The notes under the pieces: generated by a model
The model's input: the letters and a program-made list of their open reading frames with translations, nothing else
Told to the model about the DNA's origin: nothing
Databases searched by the model: none
Assembly: GCA_976226885.1 (NCBI GenBank)
Contig: OZ320318.1
Location: 67,766,001 to 67,830,000, forward strand
Direction: 5' to 3'
Length of the DNA: 64,000 nucleotides
Source of the DNA: Iphione sp. A-MEVVRFRX5
Lineage: Eukaryota
In this document: piece by piece, positions 12,999 to 24,718 of the stretch
How positions within the stretch are numbered: the first letter of the stretch is position 1
Layout of the letters: every line of letters starts with the position of its first letter
Made by a program: the position numbers and the translations under genes

Positions 12999-15877
12999 TG
13001 CCTGTCAGCTCTTGAACCCAAAGTCGTGACGTTGGTCTTTCAACAGTTTGTTAGAATAAAACAACGCCGATAAAAGTTTTTTCTCCCTCTTGCGGGCGAA
13101 TACACACCTAGCAAAGCGTTAGGGAAAACACGGGCAGCAAGTCGCCACATGGAAAACGACTTACTTTCAACCCCCCCAAAATAAATTTCTTTAAATTATC
13201 CTGAGTGCATGTCAATTTCGAATATATCGTATCTTTCAGTTGGCCCAACTGACCTGATAACTGAAAGGGTAGTCACAAAGGCTACATAATGAGGTGTTTG
13301 AACACTTGGGGGAATAAGGCAAGAACGAATAAAGAATTCAACACAGTTGCTAGTTTGCTCATCATATAGAGACGCATATAGCAATTCCGTCGTCCCTGGA
13401 GGGATTCGACAGAATGAAGTAAGCGCGTAATACATGTCCTTCTCACTCTCCGTTTCTAGCGAAGAAACAGAGATGGATGGTCTGCTTTTAACAAAGTACC
13501 TTCAGAAAGAGAAAAACCAACAGGAAAAACCAGAAACGCCTATTCAAAAGAACGGTAACGGGAACAAACAGAGAATGGGGAACACAATAAACCACGAACA
13601 TTTGCACAAGATTATTTCAAGTTCTTTAACCAAGACGGGATGGTAGGACTGACTCTATACAAAACCGTTTATTGAAACTGACCGAGCATATTTGAAGAAC
13701 TGAGTCTAAGTCCACATTCGCCAAATGAATGTCGCTAGGTAAAGATATATGTTTGAGAAGGTGCAAACCAAATCAAGTATTTCCCCTTCATCTTACTTAG
13801 TATAAATCTGGCGGGATACTTTAAGAGATTGTTATACGTGAGGGGATCTCGTTGGTAGAGTCAAAACACTCCTAATGTGCCATATAGAATCCCTTTTTAT
13901 GCCCATCCAACATTCCTTTTGTCGATTGAAGTGTTGTTTAGTTCCTTTGAACGGTCATACACCTCCGTATAATAGAAGAAATAATATCACTCTCATACAT
14001 GTTTTACATATGTATATGTATTATATTTTCTTTTGCTCCCAAGCCAGGTCTGGAGCGGAAAGGTGCCCTTCACTGTGTAGAAGGTAAACTGCACTAAGGA
14101 ATATTCTATATGAATTTTTCACGTTACCTTCGGTGAAGCACTTCATGGGCGCAACCCAGCTATAGCTGATACGTTGCAAATAAAGAGGGGTTTGTTACCA
14201 GATCTCTCCGCCCTTTGCCTCCCTCAAATTTACCTATGGCCAGCTGAGGAGGATTACTCTGCATGCCGGAGCATGTCATAATATACATGTCACTAGCCCA
14301 CTGTATACATAGCGTTTACATGATCTACATGGCATCCTTTCTTGACCCCCTGTAGAGAGGCGGCTGAGGTATCTGGTGGCTGGTAGCATGTTTATGAATG
14401 TATATATGGGTAGGTGCGTGAATGTGTGTAGGTGGGTGTCTCCCTGATAGGATGCATGTGTGGGCGACTAGCCCGCAGCACACAAATCTGACCGGAGCTG
14501 CTTAAACTATTAACCTTCAGGCTCCCAGCTAATACCCTGCATATCCGTACATGTAGGTCCTAATAAAGTTTATGCCGGTGAGAAATGAGTTTGGGAGAGG
14601 GGTGTCCGGGGCACGATCGACACGGACTGTTAGATTAGAAATAAAATAAAATGAAATTCATTTCCACGCATGTCGAGTATGTGCTTATTAATGGAGGCGT
14701 TTTCGGTCATAAATTTATGTAGCTGACACGAAAGTGTCGTATCTTATGTTAACATCACGAAGATACTATTTCGGGGGGTGAAGCAATATTGCGTGCCGGG
14801 AAATGAAACTTGTACAAAAAGAGATGTGCAGAGGCATCAGTACCAGTCTTATTCATTATATAGTTTAATCAATATCTAAATTCACTCGAGCACCATCTGT
14901 GCATAGGTCTCTCCGACTCAACAACACTATGGCATTTACATGTGGTTGAATATAGTTTGCAACTGAAGGCACATTTGTCTGCCAATAACTGTGCCTCTCC
15001 TCTAGCCAGATATTTTCTTTGTACTGTTGATTCCCTCTTCATAACTTTCTCTTAGCGCCTATTTCTCCAAGTGAACACTTCGTTTTTTAACGACCACACT
15101 CAAGTGATTTGCAAAACTTGTGGACAGGTCTCCTTCCCCTCCACTCTTCATACATACATACATAGAAAACACTCGCAAATGTACTTTATGTCAATGCCTG
15201 TTCCTTCATTGCAGAAACCGCAGGTAAGATTAATGTTCTATTTTTTAAAACTAGACCTATCAATTTTCATGATTAAGAAACCTCTCTCTCATAATCAACG
15301 CTGTATCAGATTGGGACTGGAAGCTGCCTGGCATAAAAAAGTAACATGTGGCAACTGCTTTGAACCAAGTCAAGGCTCTTCTCCTATTAAACATATTCAA
15401 AGGATACATGTTACTTCTTCTGGTACACTTCGCTTTCAGACTCTGTGGAAACATCTTTTTGCGCTGTCAAACTGCGGAGCAGCTATTTGAAACAACTAGT
15501 AAGCTTGCTTTCTTCATTCTATCAGCCTGCAGGCTTAGACTGATTTCCAAAGACACCCGATTTTTGCTTGTTGACAGCTTTACCCACGGGCAGAATTCTA
15601 GATTTGATGTCCGGTCAATCGGAGATTTAATGACATGGTTCCTGTAGTAAACAGACGATTACCTTGCCATTGTGGGCAAATGAATAGCTGACTGCAATGG
15701 GAAAACGCAATACATGTAGACTTTTTATAGACTGACTTCTATATAGGAAAGCGCGTCAAAAGTTCGGTTTTCTTGAATTTGCAGAGACGGTAATTTACCG
15801 TCCGTCCCTTTTGCTTGATAATCATAGACATTTTCTGTTATCAGAAGTGTATACTTACGGACTTCACTCTTTGCTAA

Positions 15878-16268
15878 GGCCCTGTTTCCTTACTGGCCAT
15901 CTGTGGGGCTGCGTTTGCCCTCCGTGTGCATTAACAAGTGTTGACATGCATTTTACCTTCATGCAGCCTCAATGGAGAGGGGTGTTATTTGAGGCTGCAT
16001 TAATTAAGGCCGCATTGAGGCTGTGTGAAACCAGCAAATTCGATAGGAAAAATGGCAAAAACCTGTGAATTTGATAGGAAAAATGGCAAAAGCAGTGGAT
16101 TTGACAAGAGAAAACTGCAAAACACAGTGAATTTGAAGGGAGTACGTTCGGAAATGTGTGAAAATGTGCGGAAAACATGAAGAAAAGACCTTGTGTCAGT
16201 CCGTGTTTTTGCATTAAATTATTCAGCAACGGACGGGTAACACACATAAGGAAACCTTGAGGAAGCCC
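15878..16268. mobile_element. PIF/Harbinger-type MITE, about 390 bp, degenerate right TIR
   Basis: TAA|GGCCCTGTTTCCTTAC at the left and TAAGGAAAC...GCCC|TAA at the right. Internal A-rich tandem units (TTGATAGGAAAAATGGCAAAA x2). Same TIR type as 24110-24718. Confidence 0.6.
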
Positions 16269-19200
16269 TAAGCGAAGATGATTTTAAGCAAATCATTTTT
16301 ACTGGGGCCTGTACCTTTGAAGAATGTTTCTGGAGGCATTTCTACAGCAGACATGTTTTGAATAATTTTCTTTTTAAAGCACTGAATCAAAAGCTAACGA
16401 TTGCACTACCTGGAAAACACTGCGTAATTCGTAAAGTATAGGTAACAGCCAATCACTGTTACTTGAGTACAAGGGATTGGGCTGTAGAAATAGAAACTTT
16501 AAATATTTTTTAGATATTGCATTTAAATAATATAACATTTCATTCGGGTGCATTTATTTGAAACTACAGGTATCTCCCTAACAGCTACATCATCAGAGCG
16601 CTCACACCGTTTCAATCGTTGCACCCATTCGTTTCACTATAAAGGATTCTTGAATGTAAAGATGCTCATTGGCGGTTGCTATCCCTAGAATCTTCTGATA
16701 CGACATTATGTAAGAGCGTTTTATACACGCACACCACCTAAATTGTTGAATTGATGCCTCTGTGAATCCGGCAATGACAGCCAAAGCGCAGACGTACAGT
16801 GTAGCATCTCCGTTTGTAACAGGAAACGATGATAAATAGAATTGACTGATTACACACCATATCGGATAGGCATTTATCAAATTCAGCTAGCTACATAATA
16901 TTTGTTTTTTTCCCGTTGACCTGGATACGTATGTAAAAACGTATGTATGAGCATATCTGAAAGTTTATGGTGACGGGGTACACGTGATGCGATCTTGTTA
17001 GGGTGCAGTGTTAAAAATGGCTCAGGTGCTGCTCTTTGCTTTGAAGATGCACCTAGCCAATCCCTGTATGTCTGGTCCCCTTCAATAAACCTATATCAAA
17101 CTTCCGTCATATGCAAACAGATACACAGTGGAGAAAGACAGACTGAAAGCCCAAAGCGGAATCATATTCGCCGCGTCTGTGGTATAGTAGAGGTCGCAGA
17201 GTTCCGAAACATATAGCCTATTTGAGACCCTTTGAGGTACACCGGCGAGCAGTTTGATGACACAGGAACTCTTATCAAAAGGGTAGGGGGTATATCTAAA
17301 CACCACTCCGGTACTTTTCAATGCGAACCAGACACGGTCATTGTGAGGCATGAAATCATAACCACTCTGCAAAGAAGGCTTGCTTTTGAAGTTTGCAATA
17401 TGAAGGATACTACTGCAACTAAATAAAAGGTGAACTCGGCTATTGACTTTCCGTTTTTCATAAGAGGGCTCTCTTGTTACATTAACATACATTGAAGATG
17501 AGGCAATCACGACCATGCAGCCGTGGAGGGCGAATGGAGGGTGTCTACGACAAAGTTATATCAAGGAAGTCAATAGATACATTCAATATACAAGTATATC
17601 TATGGATCATAGCATCCCTTCATAATTATATGCAAGTTGCTTTGATAGGCTGAAACAAGCAAACGTGGGTAATAGCGGGCTCATTCTCACTGTCTAAAGT
17701 TGCACCTGTGCATTAATCTCAAACTTGTGAAATCTTTGTCTGTCTCTTTGCCGTGTACTAAAAAGTAGGAGGTAATCTCACGTTGGAAACATCTCAAGGG
17801 ACACAGACGTTGCACAAAGAAAGCTGCCCAAGTTGTGATCTTTCCCAAAAGATCAGTCAGATCGTACACGACTACGCAGTCTTTTGGATTTTAGAGTCTT
17901 GATCCGATTAACTTAGGTAGACTTGATAAACAGCGTCTAGTTCCGTTTTATGGCCCGCCTCGGCCGCAAAGATACAAATGAGAATGCCGAATTGCATGAG
18001 GTTATGCCCGTCGACTCACTCCCTCGTGTGTTCATGGCTCTATGTACGGCTAGATGGTTGGAAACCGATGGACTCTTTTAAAATCGGGAAATAGCAAATT
18101 CAACCTGACTAGAAAATAACTTTGACCTGCAACATGTAACAAGGAATGCATGTATACCACAAACGCAAAGCCTATGGGTTATTTCTGAAATTGGAAAGGA
18201 TACATTTAGTGCTCTGTGGTCCTGTTACACAGTCTCTTGTTATAAAGATGTTATAAGCAGACGGATCAATAGACGGGTGAATGTACACACTGCATCATCT
18301 AATAGAGATGTACCGTACTTCTTAATTTCTTTCTTGATTACTGCTAGTCACTATATACGTGTTTATGCAAGAAGTCCGAATAAAAAACAGTTTACTGATG
18401 TTATATATTGATCCCATTTGGCTAAGATACATGCAGGTTTTGTGCAATAAGTGAGAAAACATTAAAGAATCATCATCAAGTTTAGTTCTATCACCAAACA
18501 TTCGGAATACATACATGCACATTTATTTCCACTTCTACACGATCTACTGTCTACAGTATCGTTGTTCATATCGTCATAAAAAAATAGGTCTCACATCAAG
18601 TATCCATTTGGAAACAAACATCTGAAAAGTGTCAAGGTTCTATCGTTTACAGCTCTTAAGTAAACTGAAAGAAGAAGGGTATATGACTACATGAATACAC
18701 AGTGGCACAAGCGATCTCAAAGGCCCCTGGTATGTACATATTCGCTGACTTTAAAACATAAATTGTGTTTGTGTAACACACATACTGTCCAAAGATTATC
18801 ATAGAGATTCGAGAGGATAATACTGGAGATGTATTTTAGAATCAAGGGTCTCCTCTAGAAGAAATGAAACTGGGCAAATAATGATTAAAACCGTGCCAGA
18901 CTTCGTCAGGAAAATTTCGAACAGACTTAAATGCATTCTGTCTAAAGAGGTGTTTCTCTAGTTAATAGAAATAATTAACACTACAAGACAGCTGTCAAAG
19001 TGGAAATTGCTTCATAATCTGTTGCGAATGGTCCTCATAGAATCTCATATAATTATAACATATCATTCTGAATTTTCACTGTGACAGGCAAGGTACGCAT
19101 CCCTGACGGAACTGTCTGAGATGGCTGAAGTGACGTGAATTAGCCTTCATGAAGTGAATTGTATGTGGACAACCGTCTCATAATGAATCGTATGTAGAAG

Positions 19201-19769
19201 CGACATTACTGGCATTAGAGTTTTGCTGTTGTAATGCTAATAGCATCATTACGATGGCAACTTACATAATTAAAGCATGTTAAGGACGTCTGTCTAACAA
19301 CCTAGAGCACCTCCCATCAAGGGCAATTTAGGCTTCAGCGTAAGAAAAATCCTATTACTTCATAGCATATTTACCTTCCTTTAGCTTGGCTACGTTTCAA
19401 GACAGACATATTCAAAATTCCGTCTGCTGTCTAAGGTATATAGTCGGCATAATACTGTGGACTTTGGACAGAAATTATTTCAGGCTTTTTAGATCGTTCT
19501 ATGGTCTGTATGTAAAATAATAAAATGACAATAGGTTCACGATTAGTTTCACAGGATAATGGGCATTATGAGTCAAACCCAGTAACTGTCCACTAACGAC
19601 TGACCGAATGAAGTCTTGATATTTCTTCTCTAAGCAGCACCTGGTATGCCATACATTTCTGTATTGATTGTGATTTTATAAGACAGAGTTGCTTCATGCT
19701 TTGAAATTTGCTCATTGTAAAACCCAAGTCGTGTAACAGACATCCCCCAATATCTCCCGAAGAAGGCCT

Positions 19770-19890
19770 CCTACGAAATGGACCCATTCTTTAATGCAAT
19801 CAAATTTTGAAACAGGTGTCCAGACAAAATTAAAATTGAAGAGAAACACACATTTAAGACACATTTAAAGGCAGAGCGTTTCTCTAAAGT
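19770..19890 (+). pseudogene. Decayed C-terminus of a CR1/L2-clade LINE ORF2
   Basis: Translates to PFFNAIKF*NRCPDKIKIEEKHTFKTHLK, matching the FF..AIKLWN.LP..IK....FK..LK pattern at the end of CR1/L2 ORF2, with one stop in place of W. Confidence 0.45.
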
Positions 19891-20029
19891 GACAAAGGAG
19901 AACTGGAGAGTTTCGTGAATCACATCTTGTAATTCTTGAGACAAGGTCGATGATATTACCATTATGACCAAAAAGTATGCTCCTCCTCCATACATTTCAT
20001 TTCATCTCTTTCTATCTTTAAACTCTCTC

Positions 20030-20158
20030 TTTCAAATCTTAGCTTCCTACTTTTTTCTAGATTCCTTCATATTCTATTTCTATTTTTTGGCATAGCATCT
20101 TCAAATCTTAGCTTCCTACTTTTTTTCTAGATTCCCTCTTATTCTATTTCTATTTTTC
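20030..20158. repeat. Tandem duplication, two copies, period about 69-70 bp
   Basis: TTCAAATCTTAGCTTCCTACTTTTTT(T)CTAGATTCC..(C/T)ATTCTATTTCTATTTTT occurs at about 20030 and about 20100. Confidence 0.9.
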
Positions 20159-20777
20159 TTCCCTTCTTTGTCTTTGTTCTACTTGTACATAAGCGAGTGG
20201 ATTATAAGCACAAGTTACTATTTGTTAGTATCATAATTGATGTTGTACATATTGTGTATAACATTGTACATAATACTTTTGAGACTGATCTCTTTATTGT
20301 AGAAACTGAGTTGGTACCATTTGGATTACCAGGGTAAATTAAAGTTCAAAAAAAGAAGTCATTATTGAATTTGCCACATAAGTAAATACCTCGATCAATG
20401 TGACTTCTGAAAGGCGCTTCCTGAATTTTCAGAAAATAATTATGTTAAGTACATATTCACAGAGAGCACGAATCTATGCTGCAACTCAAACCATCTGTTA
20501 TTTAGATAATAATCACCCATACCTCATCCTTGATCTATGGTGGTTATCAAGAAGCAGTATATAAAAGAAACACTTGACAACGGGAATATCATCGGTTGCT
20601 TTCCCTCACCTATCGATATCTGAATTCTGAAAATTAAGAGAGCACAGTAGCTGCTCTCAAAAGTACTGAAATCTTGTGTATTTTAGTCAATCTCATCTCC
20701 TACATGTATGTTAGACAACTCAATGAAACGTTAAAATCTTGGTCTAACATACCAGCGACATGCGGCGAAGTGCTAAA

Positions 20778-21237
20778 AGCTGCCAAAATCGACAAAAATG
20801 ATAGGAAAAATGATTGAAAAGGACAAATATGATGCTAAAAGCTGCCAAAATGGGCAAAACTGACGTGAGAAACGATGATAAAGGACAAATATGATACTAA
20901 CAGCTGCCAAAATCGGTGAAAATGATGGGAAAACGTGTGGTAAAGGACTGAATTATATATAGACATGTATGGACATGGCGATAAAGTGGGTTGAAAGTGA
21001 AGAAATGTGAAGAAATATGAAGAAATAAGACAGAAATAATGAAGAAATAAGACTGCCAAATACCCTCATCTCATCTCCCTGTGCGTTCACGGCAAATTTA
21101 TGGTCCTGGTCCGAAAATGGGCAACGCACTTCACCGCAGGTATGGAAATCATACCATTGAAATCAGTGTGATGGAAAGCACAGAAACACATAGAATCGCA
21201 CACACACACACACTGCAACATGTATGGAAACCGGGCC
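20778..21237 (-). mobile_element. One-ended copy of the same Harbinger-type MITE family, inverted relative to the copy at 24110
   Basis: Ends GTATGGAAACCGGGCC|TTA. Internal AAATTTATGGTCCTGGTCCGAAAA...CACCGCAGGTATGGAAA matches the reverse complement of 24198-24285. Has the A-rich minisatellite (AAAGCTGCCAAAAT units). Other end not found, so the left boundary is approximate. Confidence 0.65.
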
Positions 21238-21529
21238 TTAACCATGAAAATTACCTGGTTGAAAGGTTGTTTAGCTCAGACGATATGTGTGCCAATCGAC
21301 TGATCCAATGAAGCCTGCTAGTGGATAAAGGACCAGGCCACAGAGGCCTTCAACTTGTAGATGGTAAAGGCTGTTGCATAGGATCCTATTACCTAACATT
21401 TGATTCAAAGTAAGAGGAAGGAAATCCCACTCTGGCATCTTCCACTCCGGTATCTCGTCGTTAACAAGACACTATACGACTGGAGGACCACATAAACCAT
21501 AAACCTAGAAATAGGCTACTCCTAGTTAC

Positions 21530-21720
21530 ATGTTTGGCCATTTTCTAAACATTCCTAGCCCTAACTTAACTTTTGATGGCTTTGATAAAGTATTACCTGA
21601 AAACACTAAGATATGTGTACTTGCCACTCTTAAAATATATATTAATCTGGGCAACTGATGAATTACACGTTCTTTCTGATAAAATATTGAAGTTTTCCAA
21701 CTTTGGTAATCGTCTGGCAT
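21530..21720 (-). pseudogene. Possible heavily decayed CR1/L2-like RT fragment
   Basis: Minus-strand translation gives W....FYQKERVIH, a shifted YTYLSV and KVKLGLGMFRK...AY, in the order of the FN..KC.VLH / KYLGV / LG.LRR...AY motifs. Matches are weak. Confidence 0.3.
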
Positions 21721-23374
21721 AGTAGTGAATAATCTTCATATCTTCAGACTTATTTGTATAACGTGGCATACGTAGAATCAGTAGATCTCATCTACCATTT
21801 CCTCCCAGGAAAAGGTCACATGCACCTTGGGTGACGTCCAACCACCATAGCCGACCAGTAAGCAAGGAGATAAGTGTAACTACTCTTGTCGACTGGCCGC
21901 CGCCGCGTTGGCAACATCTGCAGTGGCTTACACCAGGTAACCACAGATACATGTACCTAGCAATGATGTCGTGTGTTCTTTATCAGTAGACGTCTGGGCT
22001 CATTAGGATTCTGCTTCACGCCTATCCAGCCCTGTCTGTAGAGAACATAGAGAGCTCTCTATTGGCCCTGCTCGAAGATTATCTGGCCATTAGTCAGTCG
22101 GGCCTGCTGCTTTCTTTGGAAAGGGCACTCGCTCATTTAACGCATTTCGTACAGAAGTAACTGCCATGTTGGGATAATCTCTTTCTAATCATACCATCTG
22201 CCGTGTTGTTGTTTGGATGCAGTGCCTATCACTATCTAGAATTCCTTTCACGCACGCCATATATGTGTACGGGTATTGCTACGTTTGAATGCTGCCAAGT
22301 CGGATACTAGATCCGTCCTGCCCACTTCACCCCTTTACCTTCGCTGAATGCAACCCGCCCCCTCCCCCAATCGGCGAGTCTGTCCACTGTGAAAACAAGA
22401 CTACCTGGCATGGACTAGGCAGACTGTCTGTGCCATAATTCCTTCTAATTCCTTACCAAGAGTCGGCGAAGCTTGCGCTGCTCGATGCCGTACCATTCAG
22501 ATTCTACCGAGGCAGGGACAACAGGAATAACGGGCACTGTGTTCTATCCAAAGTTCCTCTAAACACCCACCACAGTTCGCGTATGTGCATCTTCGAATAA
22601 ACTAAAATCAGTTCTCATCTGTACCCATACGTTACAAGAAAACACATCCAAATCCCCTTGTGTAATTCTTGTTGTGCATCTATCATAGCCTATTGATCAT
22701 CCAAATATCTACTGAGATCTATTATACACTATTTAATGCTGGGTAGGAGATCTCAAGATGCTATATAGACATAGTAGGTATAGTACAGCAATGACATGTC
22801 ACATTCCTTATGACAGTAGTGTCTAGTCGAATATGTTGAAACCACCACAGAATATCACGCAAACATGCAATTGTCCCTGACTTATTGCACGTTGCGTTCC
22901 TTTCCCTCTTGCAAGCTCCCATTTTTACCATTTCTCTTTATGCTATTTTTAGATGAATAAATGCAACTGAGCCTTCATTGATGAACACACTCTCGTCATA
23001 TCTTTCCTACTTTTCTGGTCACAAACTAATACGGAGGGGCGTTTGTGTATAGGGATGCGTGTTGTTCTCTCAGTCTTTTATGTCACCATGAACCAGAAAC
23101 GAGCGTTCTGTTCGTTTTATTGTTTTTCTTGCTGGTATAAATCTTTATACTGGGGGTCTGGCAGTAAAAACCTCATCACGATTCATGCAGAAGGTGAGCA
23201 GATCGCCTGTCATATCAGTTTGATAACATGAATTAATCCTGCAGCTATTTTGGTCATTACATTGTACAGTGCAGCGTACTGTCTTGGTCTGTGAATTTTC
23301 CCGTTAGACAGTATAAAATGTTGAAGATTATTAGATTGATAATATCGTTTATGATTACGGCGCATGAAATGATA

Positions 23375-23661
23375 CTTTCTCTAGATTTCATACGATAAGT
23401 TTTTCTTTTGACTTCTTGGATTGTCCTCCGAAGCTCCTCGAATTTGTTTTGCATGTCACTGACTGTATCATGCAGGGGTGGGGGCATCTTCTGTCCGAGA
23501 AAGGCATGATTTTTTTTCAAGCCGAGCACCGAAATCTGTTGCCCTACAAATAACCAGTACAAAGAGGGGAATTTACTCTGATAAATCATAAGCCTTGCAC
23601 AGAAATAAGTGGTGATGCCCAAAAGGAGTGGATCAATCTCACTTGTCCGGAACCACACATT
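23375..23661 (-). pseudogene. Myb/SANT (MADF/trihelix)-like domain remnant, possibly from a Harbinger DNA-binding ORF
   Basis: WFRTSEIDPLLLGI...YWLFVGQQISVLG...TVSDMQNKFEELRRTIQEVKRK resembles the three-helix pattern W..EE...LI / W..IA..L / TV.ECK.KW..LR..Y...KK. No initiator context or splice structure is evident. Confidence 0.35.
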
Positions 23662-24109
23662 CTCCTCAAAGTCGGCAGACGGTCATCATATCACCAGTAG
23701 CTGCTGTCCCAAAGAAACTAGCATGTTATAATTGCTTTAGGTTCATCGATACAACGGCGTATTTCAAAATACAGATCCTTTTTAATGACCCCTCATAAGA
23801 AATGTTCATTTTGTTTGGCATGGTGCTTTCATGCGACAGAGTAGCGTTAAGATACACTGAAGAGGCATTTCGATTCCTCGAAAGCATCGCGCAGACCCAG
23901 CAGCTAGTAATAGCAGCTAGTGTTAGCCGTACGTTTGAAATATCGCAAGGATCTTTCCTAAAGCCCAATGTATTGCTGTATTTAATGAAGACATTATCTT
24001 CTGTGTAGGCCAATCTACTAATCATCTCCCCCTTCTCAGGTACAGCAATGAGCTATAAATGTGATTGGCCATTGGGGAATTGACGCAAAGGGTAATCAAG
24101 ATTGACTAA

Positions 24110-24718
24110 GCCCCGGTTTCCTTACGTGCGTGGCTATGCGTGCGTTGCGGTGCGGGAAACGCACAGATTTTATGGTCCTGGTCATTTTAACCAGGGGTGT
24201 TCCTTACCTGCGGTGCTCTGCGTGTGCTCTGCTCTGCGGTGCTCTGCGGTGCTCGTTTTCGGACCAGGACCGTAAATTTCACGCACTTGCACAGCAACGC
24301 ACTGCTATTTGTTCATATTTGTTCACATTTGTTCACATTTGTTCACTTTTTAATGTGAATACCGCACATTTCCGCACAATGACGTTTTTTTCCTGAATTT
24401 TTCCTCACATTTTTGCCGTTTTTCGGCCGAATTTGTATGAAATTAGCGTTTTTCGGCCGAATTTGTATGAAATTAGCCGTTTTTCGGCCGATTTGCGTGT
24501 AATTTGCCGGTTTTTGGCCGAATTTGCTTGAAATAAGCCGTTTTTCGGCCGATTTGCATCGTTTTCCTGTCAATTCACGCACACAAACGCACGCATTGTT
24601 ACGCACTGGTTGAGGACACCCCTGTGCGTTGCAGTGCGGAAACACCCTGCTGTGCGTTTCCCGCACTGAAACGCACACGCATACCAACGGACAGCACCGC
24701 AGGTAAGGAAACCGGGCC
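24110..24718. mobile_element. Intact PIF/Harbinger-type MITE, 609 bp, TAA TSD, with internal minisatellite and an extra internal TIR copy
   Basis: TAA|GCCCCGGTTTCCTTACGTGCG ... CGCAGGTAAGGAAACCGGGCC|TAA. About five 29-30 bp units of TTTTTCGGCCGAATTTGTATGAAATTAGC(C)G. A second TTCCTTACCTGCGGTGCT lies at about 24198. Confidence 0.9.

Noticed and set aside
17870-17890. AG|ACTGC as a candidate exon 2 start (D-C)
   Set aside because: No pyrimidine tract, and the following peptide has no fibrinogen-domain features.
21836-21852. GGWT-coding words as a candidate fibrinogen-domain exon (also near 46760)
   Set aside because: No YCDM upstream, and no VIQRR or GT donor after. The second site is upstream of the gene.
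24343-24570. Regular 29-30 bp repeats superficially like a CRISPR array
   Set aside because: Head-to-tail minisatellite without spacers, inside a eukaryotic MITE.
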